This document shows positions 56,154 to 64,000 of a stretch of DNA of 64,000 bases, one piece after another; position 1 is the stretch's first letter, and each line of letters starts with the position of its first letter. Source of the stretch: a virus (Duplodnaviria; Caudoviricetes). The stretch covers positions 30,557 to 94,556 of the IMG/VR virus record IMGVR_UViG_2675903375_000003; one strand, given 5' to 3'. The translations under genes were made by a program, and so were the position numbers. The notes under the pieces were generated by a model. That model searched no databases and was not told the DNA's origin. It saw nothing but the letters and a program-made list of their open reading frames with translations.

Positions 56154-56831
56154 CTACTGCTCTGAGGCACGCCGCTCGGGCAGCTTTGGCAGACGGCTCG
56201 CCAGGCGCGCACTGATCAACGTGTCGTCGGGGAGGTCTTTCAGTGCCTCCCGGAGTTCCGCCACAGTCCAGACCAGATAGGCCCGACGAAGCTCCCGGTC
56301 CTCACGAGGAACCTCGAACCGCTTGTCGAACTCCTCCTTGGTCGGCCCCTTCAGCACGGCGAACCGACCGAAGTGCTGGTACTTCAGCAAGCCGTGCTCG
56401 TGTAGGTCAGCCATGGCGTTTGCCGCAGTAGACCTTGACACGTCGAACCGCTTTGCCACGGCACCGGACATGAGCACTTCGCCTATCCAGTGCCGTCCCT
56501 GCTCGATCTCCTGCGTGAGTCCGTTCACCACAGCCTGTTGCCCATCCGGGTTGAACCACGTGGGCTTATCGCCGTCATTTGTCCTGCGCCAGGAACTGTC
56601 GTGCAGCGGCTTCTCCACGGCTGTCGCGGATTCTTCTGCCGCCAGTGCTGCTGACCGTGTCGGGTGCCACTCCACGGTTCTGCGTGCTACCTGGTGAGCC
56701 CAGTGCTTGTCGTTCTGATGCTGCTCCCAACGAAAGTCGGGGTTCCAGGAGATGCCGAGGTACAGCAGCACATCGTTGGCGTCATACAGCCGGTAGAGCG
56801 CTGTGCGCTCATCGTTGGGACGGTGACTCAT
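56154..56831 (-). CDS. GIY-YIG nuclease-like domain fused to a GntR-like wHTH
   Basis: TALYRLYD...LLYLGIS...RWEQH...AE; VAKRFDVSRSTAANAMADL..GLL. Confidence 0.75.
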   Translation of the reverse strand: MSHRPNDERTALYRLYDANDVLLYLGISWNPDFRWEQHQNDKHWAHQVARRTVEWHPTRSAALAAEESATAVEKPLHDSSWRRTNDGDKPTWFNPDGQQAVVNGLTQEIEQGRHWIGEVLMSGAVAKRFDVSRSTAANAMADLHEHGLLKYQHFGRFAVLKGPTKEEFDKRFEVPREDRELRRAYLVWTVAELREALKDLPDDTLISARLASRLPKLPERRASEQ

Positions 56832-57769
56832 GCGATTACGCCCTCTCGACAGTCGCGGCACAGAGCGTCCTCTGCGGAGTCTCGCAGCGGCCTGTGACAC
56901 TCAGGGCACTTCGACTTCCGGACCCGTGACGGGGCGTCATCTGCCGTACGCGGAGCGGGAAGCGCAGGAGCGGCAGGAAGGTTGTCCGGATCCAGGCGGT
57001 GCCGGTACACGGCCGGCAGAGACTTCGCGGTCTCCGTCTCCTCCGTCAGCTGCACACGCAGCGCCCACTCCGTCCATCCAGCAGCCAGAGCAGCACTCAC
57101 ACGATCGATCAGGTGAGCACGCTGCCGAGGCCCCGGCATACGGGCCCCATAGGGCAGCCGATCCACGAACGCGGCGGCCGCGGAGTCTTTCCCTTCCTCT
57201 CGAGGGACATCCCCTCCCCCTCCTCCCTCGGTCGGAGCCGACTGCGGAACGTCATGCAGCAGGGGACCGGAGGGGGTGGTGGTGTTCTCACCCTTGGTGT
57301 GATTGGAAGTGGTCTTCTTATGCGGGCGATCAGCCGCTCGCGGATCAGCCGCTCGCGGAAAATCCACAACCGGTTCCGACCTGCAAGAACTGTCGTCCGG
57401 GACCTCCGAACCGGCATTTTCCCAGGTCACATCCGGTGTGCGATTTTCCACTACCGGCTCTGACCTGGGAGTATCCGTGATGAAGTACACGATCGGCCCC
57501 AGCGTTCCATTGGCCCTGCGCGGCTGATCCCGCAGCAGATACCCGCGCGCCTCAAGCTCACGCAACCCCGTGTTGATCGCTGACACGCCATCGGCCATGT
57601 AGGCCGCGATCGACTCCGGCGTCACACCCCACCCGTCTCGATGGGTGCTGATGAACCCGAAGATGCCCTTGGCCTTGGCCGACAAGAGCGCGTCCCGGAA
57701 CAGGGCGTTGCTGATCTGGGTGAACTGGTCTCCGGCCATCGGGCCCCGACGGATACGGCCATAGCTCAC
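56828..57769 (-). CDS. Phage-type replication initiator (wHTH) with internal iteron-like repeats
   Basis: FTQISNALFRD..LSAKAKG...GLRELEARGYL; C-terminal CPEC/CRDC. Confidence 0.75.
   Translation of the reverse strand: MSYGRIRRGPMAGDQFTQISNALFRDALLSAKAKGIFGFISTHRDGWGVTPESIAAYMADGVSAINTGLRELEARGYLLRDQPRRANGTLGPIVYFITDTPRSEPVVENRTPDVTWENAGSEVPDDSSCRSEPVVDFPRAADPRAADRPHKKTTSNHTKGENTTTPSGPLLHDVPQSAPTEGGGGGDVPREEGKDSAAAAFVDRLPYGARMPGPRQRAHLIDRVSAALAAGWTEWALRVQLTEETETAKSLPAVYRHRLDPDNLPAAPALPAPRTADDAPSRVRKSKCPECHRPLRDSAEDALCRDCREGVIA
57328..57466. repeat. Iteron-like direct repeats inside the initiator gene
   Basis: GATCAGCCGCTCGCG x2 in tandem (57328-57357); CCACAACCGGTTCCGACCT and CCACTACCGGCTCTGACCT. 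Confidence 0.6.
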
Positions 57770-57909
57770 CGAGCCACCCCCGCCGTGCGGATGATCACGG
57801 TGGTGCTACTTGCGGTAAGGCTGCGTGGTACGGCTACCCTGAGCACGGGTACCTGCTTTCAGGAGTCGGACTCGTTTTGCCAGCGGACGGGAATCCACTG
57901 GCCTTGCTT

Positions 57910-57960
57910 AAGGCGCCCTGGCGTGGAGGTAGCTGCGAACTCCCTCAGCTGGGGCGTCTT
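57910..57960 (+). ncRNA. Structured element upstream of and antisense to the second initiator
   Basis: AAGGCGCCCTGGC/GCTGGGGCGTCTT stem with internal hairpin. Confidence 0.4.
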
Positions 57961-58009
57961 GCGTTTCCGGAGCCGTGGCTGCGATCACGGCCGGCCGGGA
58001 ACGCGACCG

Positions 58010-58321
58010 TTACGACGTGCTGGTGGCCTTGCTGCGACGTGGTTCCTTGTCCGGGCCGCGCCCGACGACCGGGTGTTCCTTGAAGAACTCCACGAACGGC
58101 CTCGTCTCCATCACCTCGGCGTTCGCCAGGAGCCAGTACGGGTACGGCCGGTCGGTGCCGAAGGGCCAGTCGGGGTGCTTGGAGGCTCGGCGGACGCCCT
58201 CGCGGGTCATGTTCCTGGCCAGCCCGAGCCGGACCAGAAGGTCGGCCCCGGTGGCGAAGGTGACGACGGGTGGCATGGCGTTGATCGTTCTCGGATCGGC
58301 TTCTTTCAACGCCCACCCCAC
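58010..58321 (-). CDS. Small AlpA/excisionase-like DNA-binding protein
   Basis: VTFATGADLLVRLGLARNMTREGVRR...PDWPF. Confidence 0.6.
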   Translation of the reverse strand: MGWALKEADPRTINAMPPVVTFATGADLLVRLGLARNMTREGVRRASKHPDWPFGTDRPYPYWLLANAEVMETRPFVEFFKEHPVVGRGPDKEPRRSKATSTS

Positions 58322-58518
58322 CGGATCATCCGAACCGGTGGCAGCGCGAGAGGATCGCCAACAAGTAGCATCTTCGGTGACTGCCTTCCTGACATGGGTT
58401 GGTCGGTCAAGGCCGCGCGACTTCGCAGGTCAGCGGCCAAAAGGGAGGTCGGTCGGTTGTGGTGACCGGTCGGCCTCCCGCCTTCTACGGCGGAACAAAC
58501 GCTTTCATTGCTTCCTCC

Positions 58519-59724
58519 TCACGCCGCCAGGGCGTTGATCGCCTCGACGGTCTCTTCAGCAGTCCGATTCCCGGCGTACCGGGGAGCACTGAGCATTCCC
58601 GCCAGCCGCTCGGCCCGCTTCACGATCCACGAAATCTGCTCCTCCAAGGGCAACGACAGCACCGGACGGATGGCGTCGGCCGCGCCCTCCACGTCATCGA
58701 GCTGCACCCGGGCCGTCGCCAGATAGATATGCGCGAGCCGCTCATCGTCCAACGACCGCTCCTCCGCGGGCCCGGACTGCCACAGCTCAATCGCCGCCAC
58801 AGCCTCACGGCAGGCCCGTTCGGCGTCGTGGCCGCCCTGTAGCCAGATCAGGCTCGACCCGGCGTAGTACGACTGCTTGGCCTGCGAGAACCCGAACAGA
58901 CCTGACAGCGAGTCCGGGCGGCGCATCCGCTCCCGGGCCTCCTCGGCACCGTCCAGCGCCGCGTTCGCCGCCCTGGAGTCACCCAGGTTCGCCAGGCACT
59001 GCGCCTCACCGCACCTGAGCCGGGCCTCGCCAGTTCCCTGGCCGTGGCCGACCCACTGGTACCCGTCGCGCACGTACTCCAGCGCGCGCCCGTAGTCGCC
59101 CTGGAACCGGGCGATCAGAGACTTCGTGCCAGCCACCCACGCGGCCAACTCCGCATCACCGGCCAGCTCCGCGCACCGGCCCGCCGCCGTGGCGTGCTCG
59201 ATCGCTTCCTCGGCGTCACCCATGTCCAGCAGCGCGTACGACAGCACGCCGGACAACCGCCCGGCAGCCACGTACAGATCCGAACGGTCCTGCGGCCGGT
59301 GGTGACCCGACCGAAGACGCTCGAACGCCTCACCGCGCATCACGTGGGCCCGGTCCATCATCGGAGCCGGCGGAGAGGACAGATAGTCCACCGCGGTCGC
59401 GGAGACACCGTCCTGGAGTTCGCTGATGTCCAGGTCCGCGAGCGCGGTCAAATCCCGGGACATCGCGAGCGCCGCGGCCCGCGTCCGATGCGTGGCCGCT
59501 GCCTCCCGGCGCGCCGCGTCCTCTCGATGCCACTGCTCGACCAGTGCACCGTTCGCGCCCGTGGCTTCATCCGCGGCCTCGGCCACGGACAGCGGGGTCG
59601 GACGGCGGCCGGTCTCGAAGTTGTGCAGCGAGGTGCGGTCGTACCGGACGCGCTGCGCCAAGTCCGCCAGGGACATGTGGGCAGCCAAGCGCCATTCGCG
59701 AAGCAGTTCCGGGAAGGGGGTCAT
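58519..59724 (-). CDS. XRE-family HTH regulator with TPR-like C-terminal domain
   Basis: FPELLREWRLAAHMSLADLAQRVRYDRTSLHNFETGRR; Ala-rich helical repeats. Confidence 0.85.
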   Translation of the reverse strand: MTPFPELLREWRLAAHMSLADLAQRVRYDRTSLHNFETGRRPTPLSVAEAADEATGANGALVEQWHREDAARREAAATHRTRAAALAMSRDLTALADLDISELQDGVSATAVDYLSSPPAPMMDRAHVMRGEAFERLRSGHHRPQDRSDLYVAAGRLSGVLSYALLDMGDAEEAIEHATAAGRCAELAGDAELAAWVAGTKSLIARFQGDYGRALEYVRDGYQWVGHGQGTGEARLRCGEAQCLANLGDSRAANAALDGAEEARERMRRPDSLSGLFGFSQAKQSYYAGSSLIWLQGGHDAERACREAVAAIELWQSGPAEERSLDDERLAHIYLATARVQLDDVEGAADAIRPVLSLPLEEQISWIVKRAERLAGMLSAPRYAGNRTAEETVEAINALAA

Positions 59725-59790
59725 GCTGTCGATCCTTCCTCCTCTCAAGTCTGCGTGGGAGGGCTGGGCGCCCTCTTCGTCCTTTTTGAG

Positions 59791-59824
59791 TGTTGGCAAT
59801 TACGGGCCGGCCGGATTGCCAACA
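59791..59824. promoter_or_regulatory. Inverted repeat upstream of the XRE regulator
   Basis: TGTTGGCAAT-N14-ATTGCCAACA. Confidence 0.55.
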
Positions 59825-59906
59825 GCGGAGCGAACACCGGTAGCCGTGGCTGGTGCTGGCATGGAGTCAGACCTGATCGATGACTCCCGAGGAAGCCGCT
59901 GTGGCA

Positions 59907-60209
59907 TCACTTCGAATCGCCCTCCTGCTCGATACGGCGTCGGCTGTCACGCCGAGCGGCCTTCTGGGCGTGAGCCACGAAGTACGTTCTCGCCTTCTTC
60001 CAGTCGACGACCTTTGCTCGGCCGATCACCTGGACCTCCGGGAAGTTCTTGTCCCGCAGGTGCAGTTGCGAGATGCGCTGGTGGCTCATTGTCGGCGAGA
60101 TGCCTTCCTCGACCACGCGGCGCGCAGCTTCTCGGAAGGTCACCAAGTCGGGTCCTCCTTCAGTCTCGGAGATGTCGATGTCCTCCAGTCTCCCCCAGTG
60201 GGTTGCCAT
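59907..60209 (-). CDS. Small AlpA/excisionase-like DNA-binding protein (paralogue of 58010-58321)
   Basis: VTFREAARRVVEEGISPTMSHQRISQL...NFP. Confidence 0.65.
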   Translation of the reverse strand: MATHWGRLEDIDISETEGGPDLVTFREAARRVVEEGISPTMSHQRISQLHLRDKNFPEVQVIGRAKVVDWKKARTYFVAHAQKAARRDSRRRIEQEGDSK

Positions 60210-60387
60210 ATGGCAACCCGGGGCGTAGTGTCTTTCCTGGAACAGCACGACGGCCCCGGACCAGCAAATGCCGGACCAGGGCCGCGTGTCCGGAAGCGGC
60301 TCCTACACCGCCCCGGACATGAACCCGCCCACCTGCGCATTCAGGGAGGCCGATCCACCATGGATCGTAACCGCCATATGGCTACCC
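60200..60387. promoter_or_regulatory. Divergent control region with GCCATATGGC operators on both start codons
   Basis: Perfect 20-bp palindrome GGGTTGCCATATGGCAACCC (60200-60219); GCCATATGGCTACCC (60373-60387). Confidence 0.7.
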
Positions 60388-60659
60388 GCACAGCTCACCC
60401 CGTGGACAACGTTCACCCGGTGCCGATTTCCACCGCCGAGCAGATCGGCCCGCGCGCGCCGGGTGTCGTGTACTACGACGGCCCGCGCCTCGTGCAGGTC
60501 GCCGAAGTCATCACCGACACCTCCGAGTCCCAGCGAATCCTGAAGCGGCGCGCCGCCAGGTTCGCGATCCGACTCGTCGACCAGCACGCCGGCACCGAGT
60601 ACTACACCGGCGCCATCTGGACCGGCAGCGACCGGGTCCTCAAGGCGGTCACGGCATGA
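60378..60659 (+). CDS. Hypothetical protein
   Basis: First of an ATGA-coupled chain. Confidence 0.55.
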   Translation: MATRTAHPVDNVHPVPISTAEQIGPRAPGVVYYDGPRLVQVAEVITDTSESQRILKRRAARFAIRLVDQHAGTEYYTGAIWTGSDRVLKAVTA

Positions 60660-60961
60660 GCAGCGCCAGCCAGACCGCGCAGGCGGACATTGCCCGGCAG
60701 ATCGACGAGCGGACCGCGGCCGCGTTCATCACCGCGGTCACCGCGATGGTGGGCGCGAACCCGCACCCGTCCGGCGCCACCATCCGGCTGACCGTCACCA
60801 GCATCGACGGCGGCCGCGACCTCGGTGTCGTGGACATCGACGTCACCAACCTGTGGGACCTGGCGCAGCGCGCCCGGGACCGCGCCGCCAACCCGGTGCT
60901 GGCTGCCAACCCGGCCACGGCCGCCCGTCCGGCACTCCGCCTGGTCGGAGGTGCCCGATGA
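60656..60961 (+). CDS. Hypothetical protein
   Basis: ATGA overlap; ends RLVGGAR. Confidence 0.6.
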   Translation: MSSASQTAQADIARQIDERTAAAFITAVTAMVGANPHPSGATIRLTVTSIDGGRDLGVVDIDVTNLWDLAQRARDRAANPVLAANPATAARPALRLVGGAR

Positions 60962-61176
60962 TGCAGCAGCCCAACCTGGAACAGATCACCGGCGGCCACT
61001 GGTCGGCGGCCGCGGTCGCGCAGAACGACCCGCAGCTCTACGCCGACGTCACCGACCTGTTCGACGACATCGACCCCGTCTCCTACCTCGACGACGTCTT
61101 CGGCAGCCCCGACGCCCACGCCTCGATGAACGCCTACGAGGAGCTCGTCACGGGCGAGTGGACCGGAGAACTGTGA
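60958..61176 (+). CDS. Small acidic protein
   Basis: GGAGG RBS; overlap coupling. Confidence 0.55.
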   Translation: MMQQPNLEQITGGHWSAAAVAQNDPQLYADVTDLFDDIDPVSYLDDVFGSPDAHASMNAYEELVTGEWTGEL

Positions 61177-61583
61177 TGGCCGGCCCTACGGAACTCGACG
61201 GCACGCTCGCCGACCTGGACGGCTTTACGTGGATCCCCGGGATCGCCGACCTGCTGCGCGGCTACCGGGCCCTCGCCCAGACGGCCGCCAGCGGCCAGCT
61301 CACCGCCGACGACACGCAGACCGCCCTGGCGCTCCTCGGCAACCCGCACGGCCCGGACCTGATCGACGTCCAGGCCCAGCTGGTGAAGAACCTGACCGAC
61401 CCCGCCACCAACCCTGGTGCGCTCGCCGGGCTGCCCGACAAGACGACCAAGCAGATTCAGCACCTCGGCGAGATCCACGCCTTCGAAACACGGGAGCTCG
61501 CCCCCCGCGACAACACCAACGAAGCAGCCGGCCTGCTCTACGAGGCCACCGCCATCGCACCGGAAAGGACTTCAGCCTCGTGA
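61176..61583 (+). CDS. Hypothetical protein
   Basis: TGATG overlap. Confidence 0.6.
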   Translation: MAGPTELDGTLADLDGFTWIPGIADLLRGYRALAQTAASGQLTADDTQTALALLGNPHGPDLIDVQAQLVKNLTDPATNPGALAGLPDKTTKQIQHLGEIHAFETRELAPRDNTNEAAGLLYEATAIAPERTSAS

Positions 61584-61708
61584 GGAAGCGTCTGGCCCGG
61601 TTACGGGCCCTGGTCACCGCCTACGCCGGCCAGTGCTCGATCTGTCAGGGCTGGTTCGACGACTGGCCGGGCGGAGTCTGCTCCGCCTGCCAGAGCAACG
61701 GCCACTGA
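61580..61708 (+). CDS. 42-aa Zn-ribbon peptide with a TTA codon
   Basis: GAAAGG RBS; CSIC...CSAC; TTA at 61601. Confidence 0.55.
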   Translation: MRKRLARLRALVTAYAGQCSICQGWFDDWPGGVCSACQSNGH

Positions 61709-61867
61709 CCACCCCCGATCGGGGTCCGGTCGTCGACGCCGACAACGACGACCGGACCCCACCCCCCGGCACTGGCCGGGCCCGAGGCCGCCCCACCCTC
61801 CATCCCCCCGGGGTGGGGCGGCCCCGAGCACGACCAGCCCCCGCACACCACCACCGGAAGGACCATC

Positions 61868-62179
61868 GTGAAGAACCCCAAGGCCACCGCGATCGAGGCC
61901 ACCGTGCTGGTCTCCAGCGGCGCCCTCGCCGCCGGCCTCGGCGTCCAGCTCGCCGACCACGACGTGAGCACGTACGCGATCGCCGCGGCCGTCGTGTTCA
62001 CCCTGACCACCGGTCAGTACTTCGCCAACCAGCTCACCCAGACCCTCCGCACCACCTTCTACGCCTGCCCGGCCAAGGGCTGCGCCGTCTACGTCCGAGC
62101 GAAGGACGTCACCGACGCCGAGCTGGCCCGCTACCGCGCCTACGCCACCGACCACACCAAGCACGGGAGCGCCCGATGA
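61868..62179 (+). CDS. Two-TM protein with Cys/His C-terminus
   Basis: GAAGGA RBS; hydrophobic helices; CPAKGC. Confidence 0.6.
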   Translation: MKNPKATAIEATVLVSSGALAAGLGVQLADHDVSTYAIAAAVVFTLTTGQYFANQLTQTLRTTFYACPAKGCAVYVRAKDVTDAELARYRAYATDHTKHGSAR

Positions 62180-62343
62180 CCGGCCGCGAGTTCACCCAGC
62201 AGCACGGCGACCCCGCCACCTGGACGACCGCGGACATCGAGGCGCAGCAGAACCTCGCCGCCATTGACGCCCTCCCTCGCACCGCCACCGTCCTGGTCCT
62301 GCCCGTACGGCAGACCACCCCCGACCACACGCCCGCCGCCTGA
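62176..62343 (+). CDS. Small hypothetical protein
   Basis: ATGA overlap; HGDPATWT. Confidence 0.5.
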   Translation: MTGREFTQQHGDPATWTTADIEAQQNLAAIDALPRTATVLVLPVRQTTPDHTPAA

Positions 62344-62377
62344 ACGTCCGTCCCCGCCGCCCAGAAAGGACCCGCCC

Positions 62378-63562
62378 ATGCTCACCCAGGTGCAGAACGC
62401 GGCCGCGCAGGTGCCCGACCAGGCATGGGCCGTCCTGCTCGCCCTGACCACCCTCGCCTTCGGCTACCGCATCGCCCCCAAGACCCGCGCCCGCCGAACC
62501 CACCGCCAGCCCCGCGACAACCAGAACCGGCGCACCGTCACCGGCTTCCTCGGCATGGGCCTCGTCGTCACCGCCGGCCTCGCCCTCTCCACCAACACCA
62601 GCGCCCGCTTCGCCCTCACGCGACTCCACATGGACTCGCCCTGGCACGTGACCATCGGCCTCGCCCTGGAAGTCATCGTCCTGGGCCTGTCCGTGTACTC
62701 CTGGGCCTTCAACGACAAGGGCGTTGCCCGCGTCGTGTACGCCCTCGTCCTCGCCCAGGCCATCGGCGCCATCGAAGTCACCAGGTTCGAAGGCGAGGAC
62801 CTCGGCACCGCCCTCGTCCGCATCGTCGGCCCCGTCATGCTCGCCTACGGACTCCACAAGCTCCTCGGCCTCGAATCCAAGCTCGGCAAGATCGAGATCA
62901 AGTCCGACGGCATCCTCGCCCGGTGGTGGAGGGACCGACTGAAGCGGATCGAGAGCCACCTCGGGATCGGCTCGCGCGGCGCCGACACGCAGGCGATCAG
63001 CCGCCGCAACGCCCAGGACAAGGTCATCGCCCTCGCCACTCTCGGTAAGCCCTGGTACATGAGCAAGCGCGCCTACGAGAAGGCCCTCATGCGCGCGGGC
63101 GACGCCTCCTTCCAGGGCCTGGACGACACCCTCGACCAGCTCGGCACCGAGATGACCATCACCACCCGCATCGACCGCATGGGCGCCTTCAAGGCACTCC
63201 CCGAACGGGCCGAGTCCTACGCCCTGCGCTCCCTGCGCCCCTCCGTTCAAGATCAGGGCGCACCGCAGCCTTCAACCAGCAGTGACCCCCTCGTGACCAG
63301 CGAGGGCGCACCAGGGCGAAGCCAGGACGCGCCCAACGCGAACCCGGTCGCGGCGCAGGCGAACAAGAGGCCCGACACGAGCGAGGCCGACCTTCGCACC
63401 CGCGCCTTCGATCTCTACTTCGACCTCCGAGGCACCGGTCAGGCTCCCTCGCAGAACGCCTTCGAGCAGGCGTGGCGGAAGGCCGGATACGGGCTGAAGA
63501 CCGACGACATCCGCGCCCTCTACAAGCACATCCACACCAAGGTCACCGGTAACAACCCGTAA
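62378..63562 (+). CDS. Multi-TM protein resembling Streptomyces plasmid spread (SpdB/DUF2637-like) proteins
   Basis: GAAAGGA RBS; about 5 TM helices, helical middle, C-terminal HTH-like end. Confidence 0.55.
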   Translation: MLTQVQNAAAQVPDQAWAVLLALTTLAFGYRIAPKTRARRTHRQPRDNQNRRTVTGFLGMGLVVTAGLALSTNTSARFALTRLHMDSPWHVTIGLALEVIVLGLSVYSWAFNDKGVARVVYALVLAQAIGAIEVTRFEGEDLGTALVRIVGPVMLAYGLHKLLGLESKLGKIEIKSDGILARWWRDRLKRIESHLGIGSRGADTQAISRRNAQDKVIALATLGKPWYMSKRAYEKALMRAGDASFQGLDDTLDQLGTEMTITTRIDRMGAFKALPERAESYALRSLRPSVQDQGAPQPSTSSDPLVTSEGAPGRSQDAPNANPVAAQANKRPDTSEADLRTRAFDLYFDLRGTGQAPSQNAFEQAWRKAGYGLKTDDIRALYKHIHTKVTGNNP

Positions 63563-63584
63563 CCGCCCACCCGAGGAGACCGTC

Positions 63585-63839
63585 ATGAACCAGCCCATCA
63601 CCTGGACCGCGCGCACCGTTGCCGAAGCACTCGATCTTCTCCGCGCAGTCGAGCAGCGCATCGAATCCGGGATGAAGGCCGCCCACCCCGGCAACGCCAC
63701 GGCACGTCTCCGAGCAGGCCAGAAGACCCCGCTCAGCCTGCGCATCACCTTCGACTCCAGCGCGCTGGAGCAGATCGCCAACGAGCGCGACACGTTCGAC
63801 GACCAGGTGGACCCCCTGACGATCACCGACAACCCCTGA
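63585..63839 (+). CDS. Hypothetical protein
   Basis: GAGGAG RBS. Confidence 0.55.
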   Translation: MNQPITWTARTVAEALDLLRAVEQRIESGMKAAHPGNATARLRAGQKTPLSLRITFDSSALEQIANERDTFDDQVDPLTITDNP

Positions 63840-63869
63840 CCAGCAGAAACGTAAGAAGGGAACCCGTAC

Positions 63870-64000
63870 GTGGACCAGCAGACCCGGACCGAACAGCGGC
63901 CGGGGACGGCGCCCCCGTCCCCGGCTCCGACCCGCGTCCCCACCGCGCCCGCCCGGGTACAGCCGGTCCAGGCCCCGCCGAACCTCCTCGACCCGCCCAC
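63870..64000 (+). CDS. 5' part of a gene running off the window
   Basis: GAAGGG RBS and GTG; open to window end. Confidence 0.4.
   Translation, partial: MDQQTRTEQRPGTAPPSPAPTRVPTAPARVQPVQAPPNLLDPP

Larger units (their letters stand above)
1..64000. mobile_element. Part of a large Streptomyces-type temperate phage-plasmid (lysis cassette, partition/replicon, phage accessory arms, spread-like region)
   Basis: Endolysin/holin, Cre-like recombinase, parA, two initiators, SSB, RusA, Sak4-like ATPase and WhiB; dense ATGA/GTGA-coupled small ORFs; no housekeeping genes; element ends not visible. Confidence 0.85.

Noticed and set aside
58519-59724. XRE-TPR regulator as an RRNPP/AimR-like peptide receptor
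   Set aside because: No adjacent small secreted peptide ORF found; this architecture is common in Streptomyces.
1-64000. tRNA, rRNA, att sites, DGR or retron reverse transcriptase
   Set aside because: None recognisable in the sequence or ORF track.

Overview
This high-GC (Streptomyces-like) 64 kb window is entirely mobile DNA and looks like part of a large temperate phage-plasmid. From left to right it holds: (1) the end of a late operon (amidase-LysM endolysin, holin-like membrane genes, collagen-like protein; 79-4146); (2) a Cre-like tyrosine recombinase, GNAT and PIN accessory genes and a second, apparently catalytically dead recombinase (5.8-9.6 kb); (3) a divergent WYL / four-RHH regulator switch leading into a Sak4-like ATPase, two C5-cytosine methyltransferases and a WhiB (11-18 kb); (4) a plasmid-type replicon with a structured RNA leader, HTH Rep, DciA-like and SLOG genes, two perfect palindromes and a parA-partner operon (19-25 kb); (5) a rightward arm of phage accessory and DNA-metabolism genes (RusA, WhiB, SSB, TGT/DpdA-like, DEDDh exonuclease, MmcB-like, NERD; 25.6-40.7 kb); (6) a leftward arm with a secreted metzincin, an IS200/IS605 tnpB with a divergent orphan Phd/YefM gene, a PAPS-reductase-like gene, a second initiator and an XRE-TPR regulator (41-60 kb); (7) the start of a plasmid/AICE-like spread region (60-64 kb). 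The best candidate for a new system is a 70-aa secreted propeptide carrying three identical DTAWG cores. It is divergent from a wHTH/PLD-like/LuxR regulator and lies upstream of a secreted protease, which suggests an arbitrium-like peptide communication module unrelated to RRNPP. Other highlights are a six-copy ATTGCG-N2-CGCAAT operator, five copies of which overlap predicted -35 boxes, and three CGCCAA-loop hairpins in front of rep. All family assignments come from motif recognition by eye; no database searches were run.
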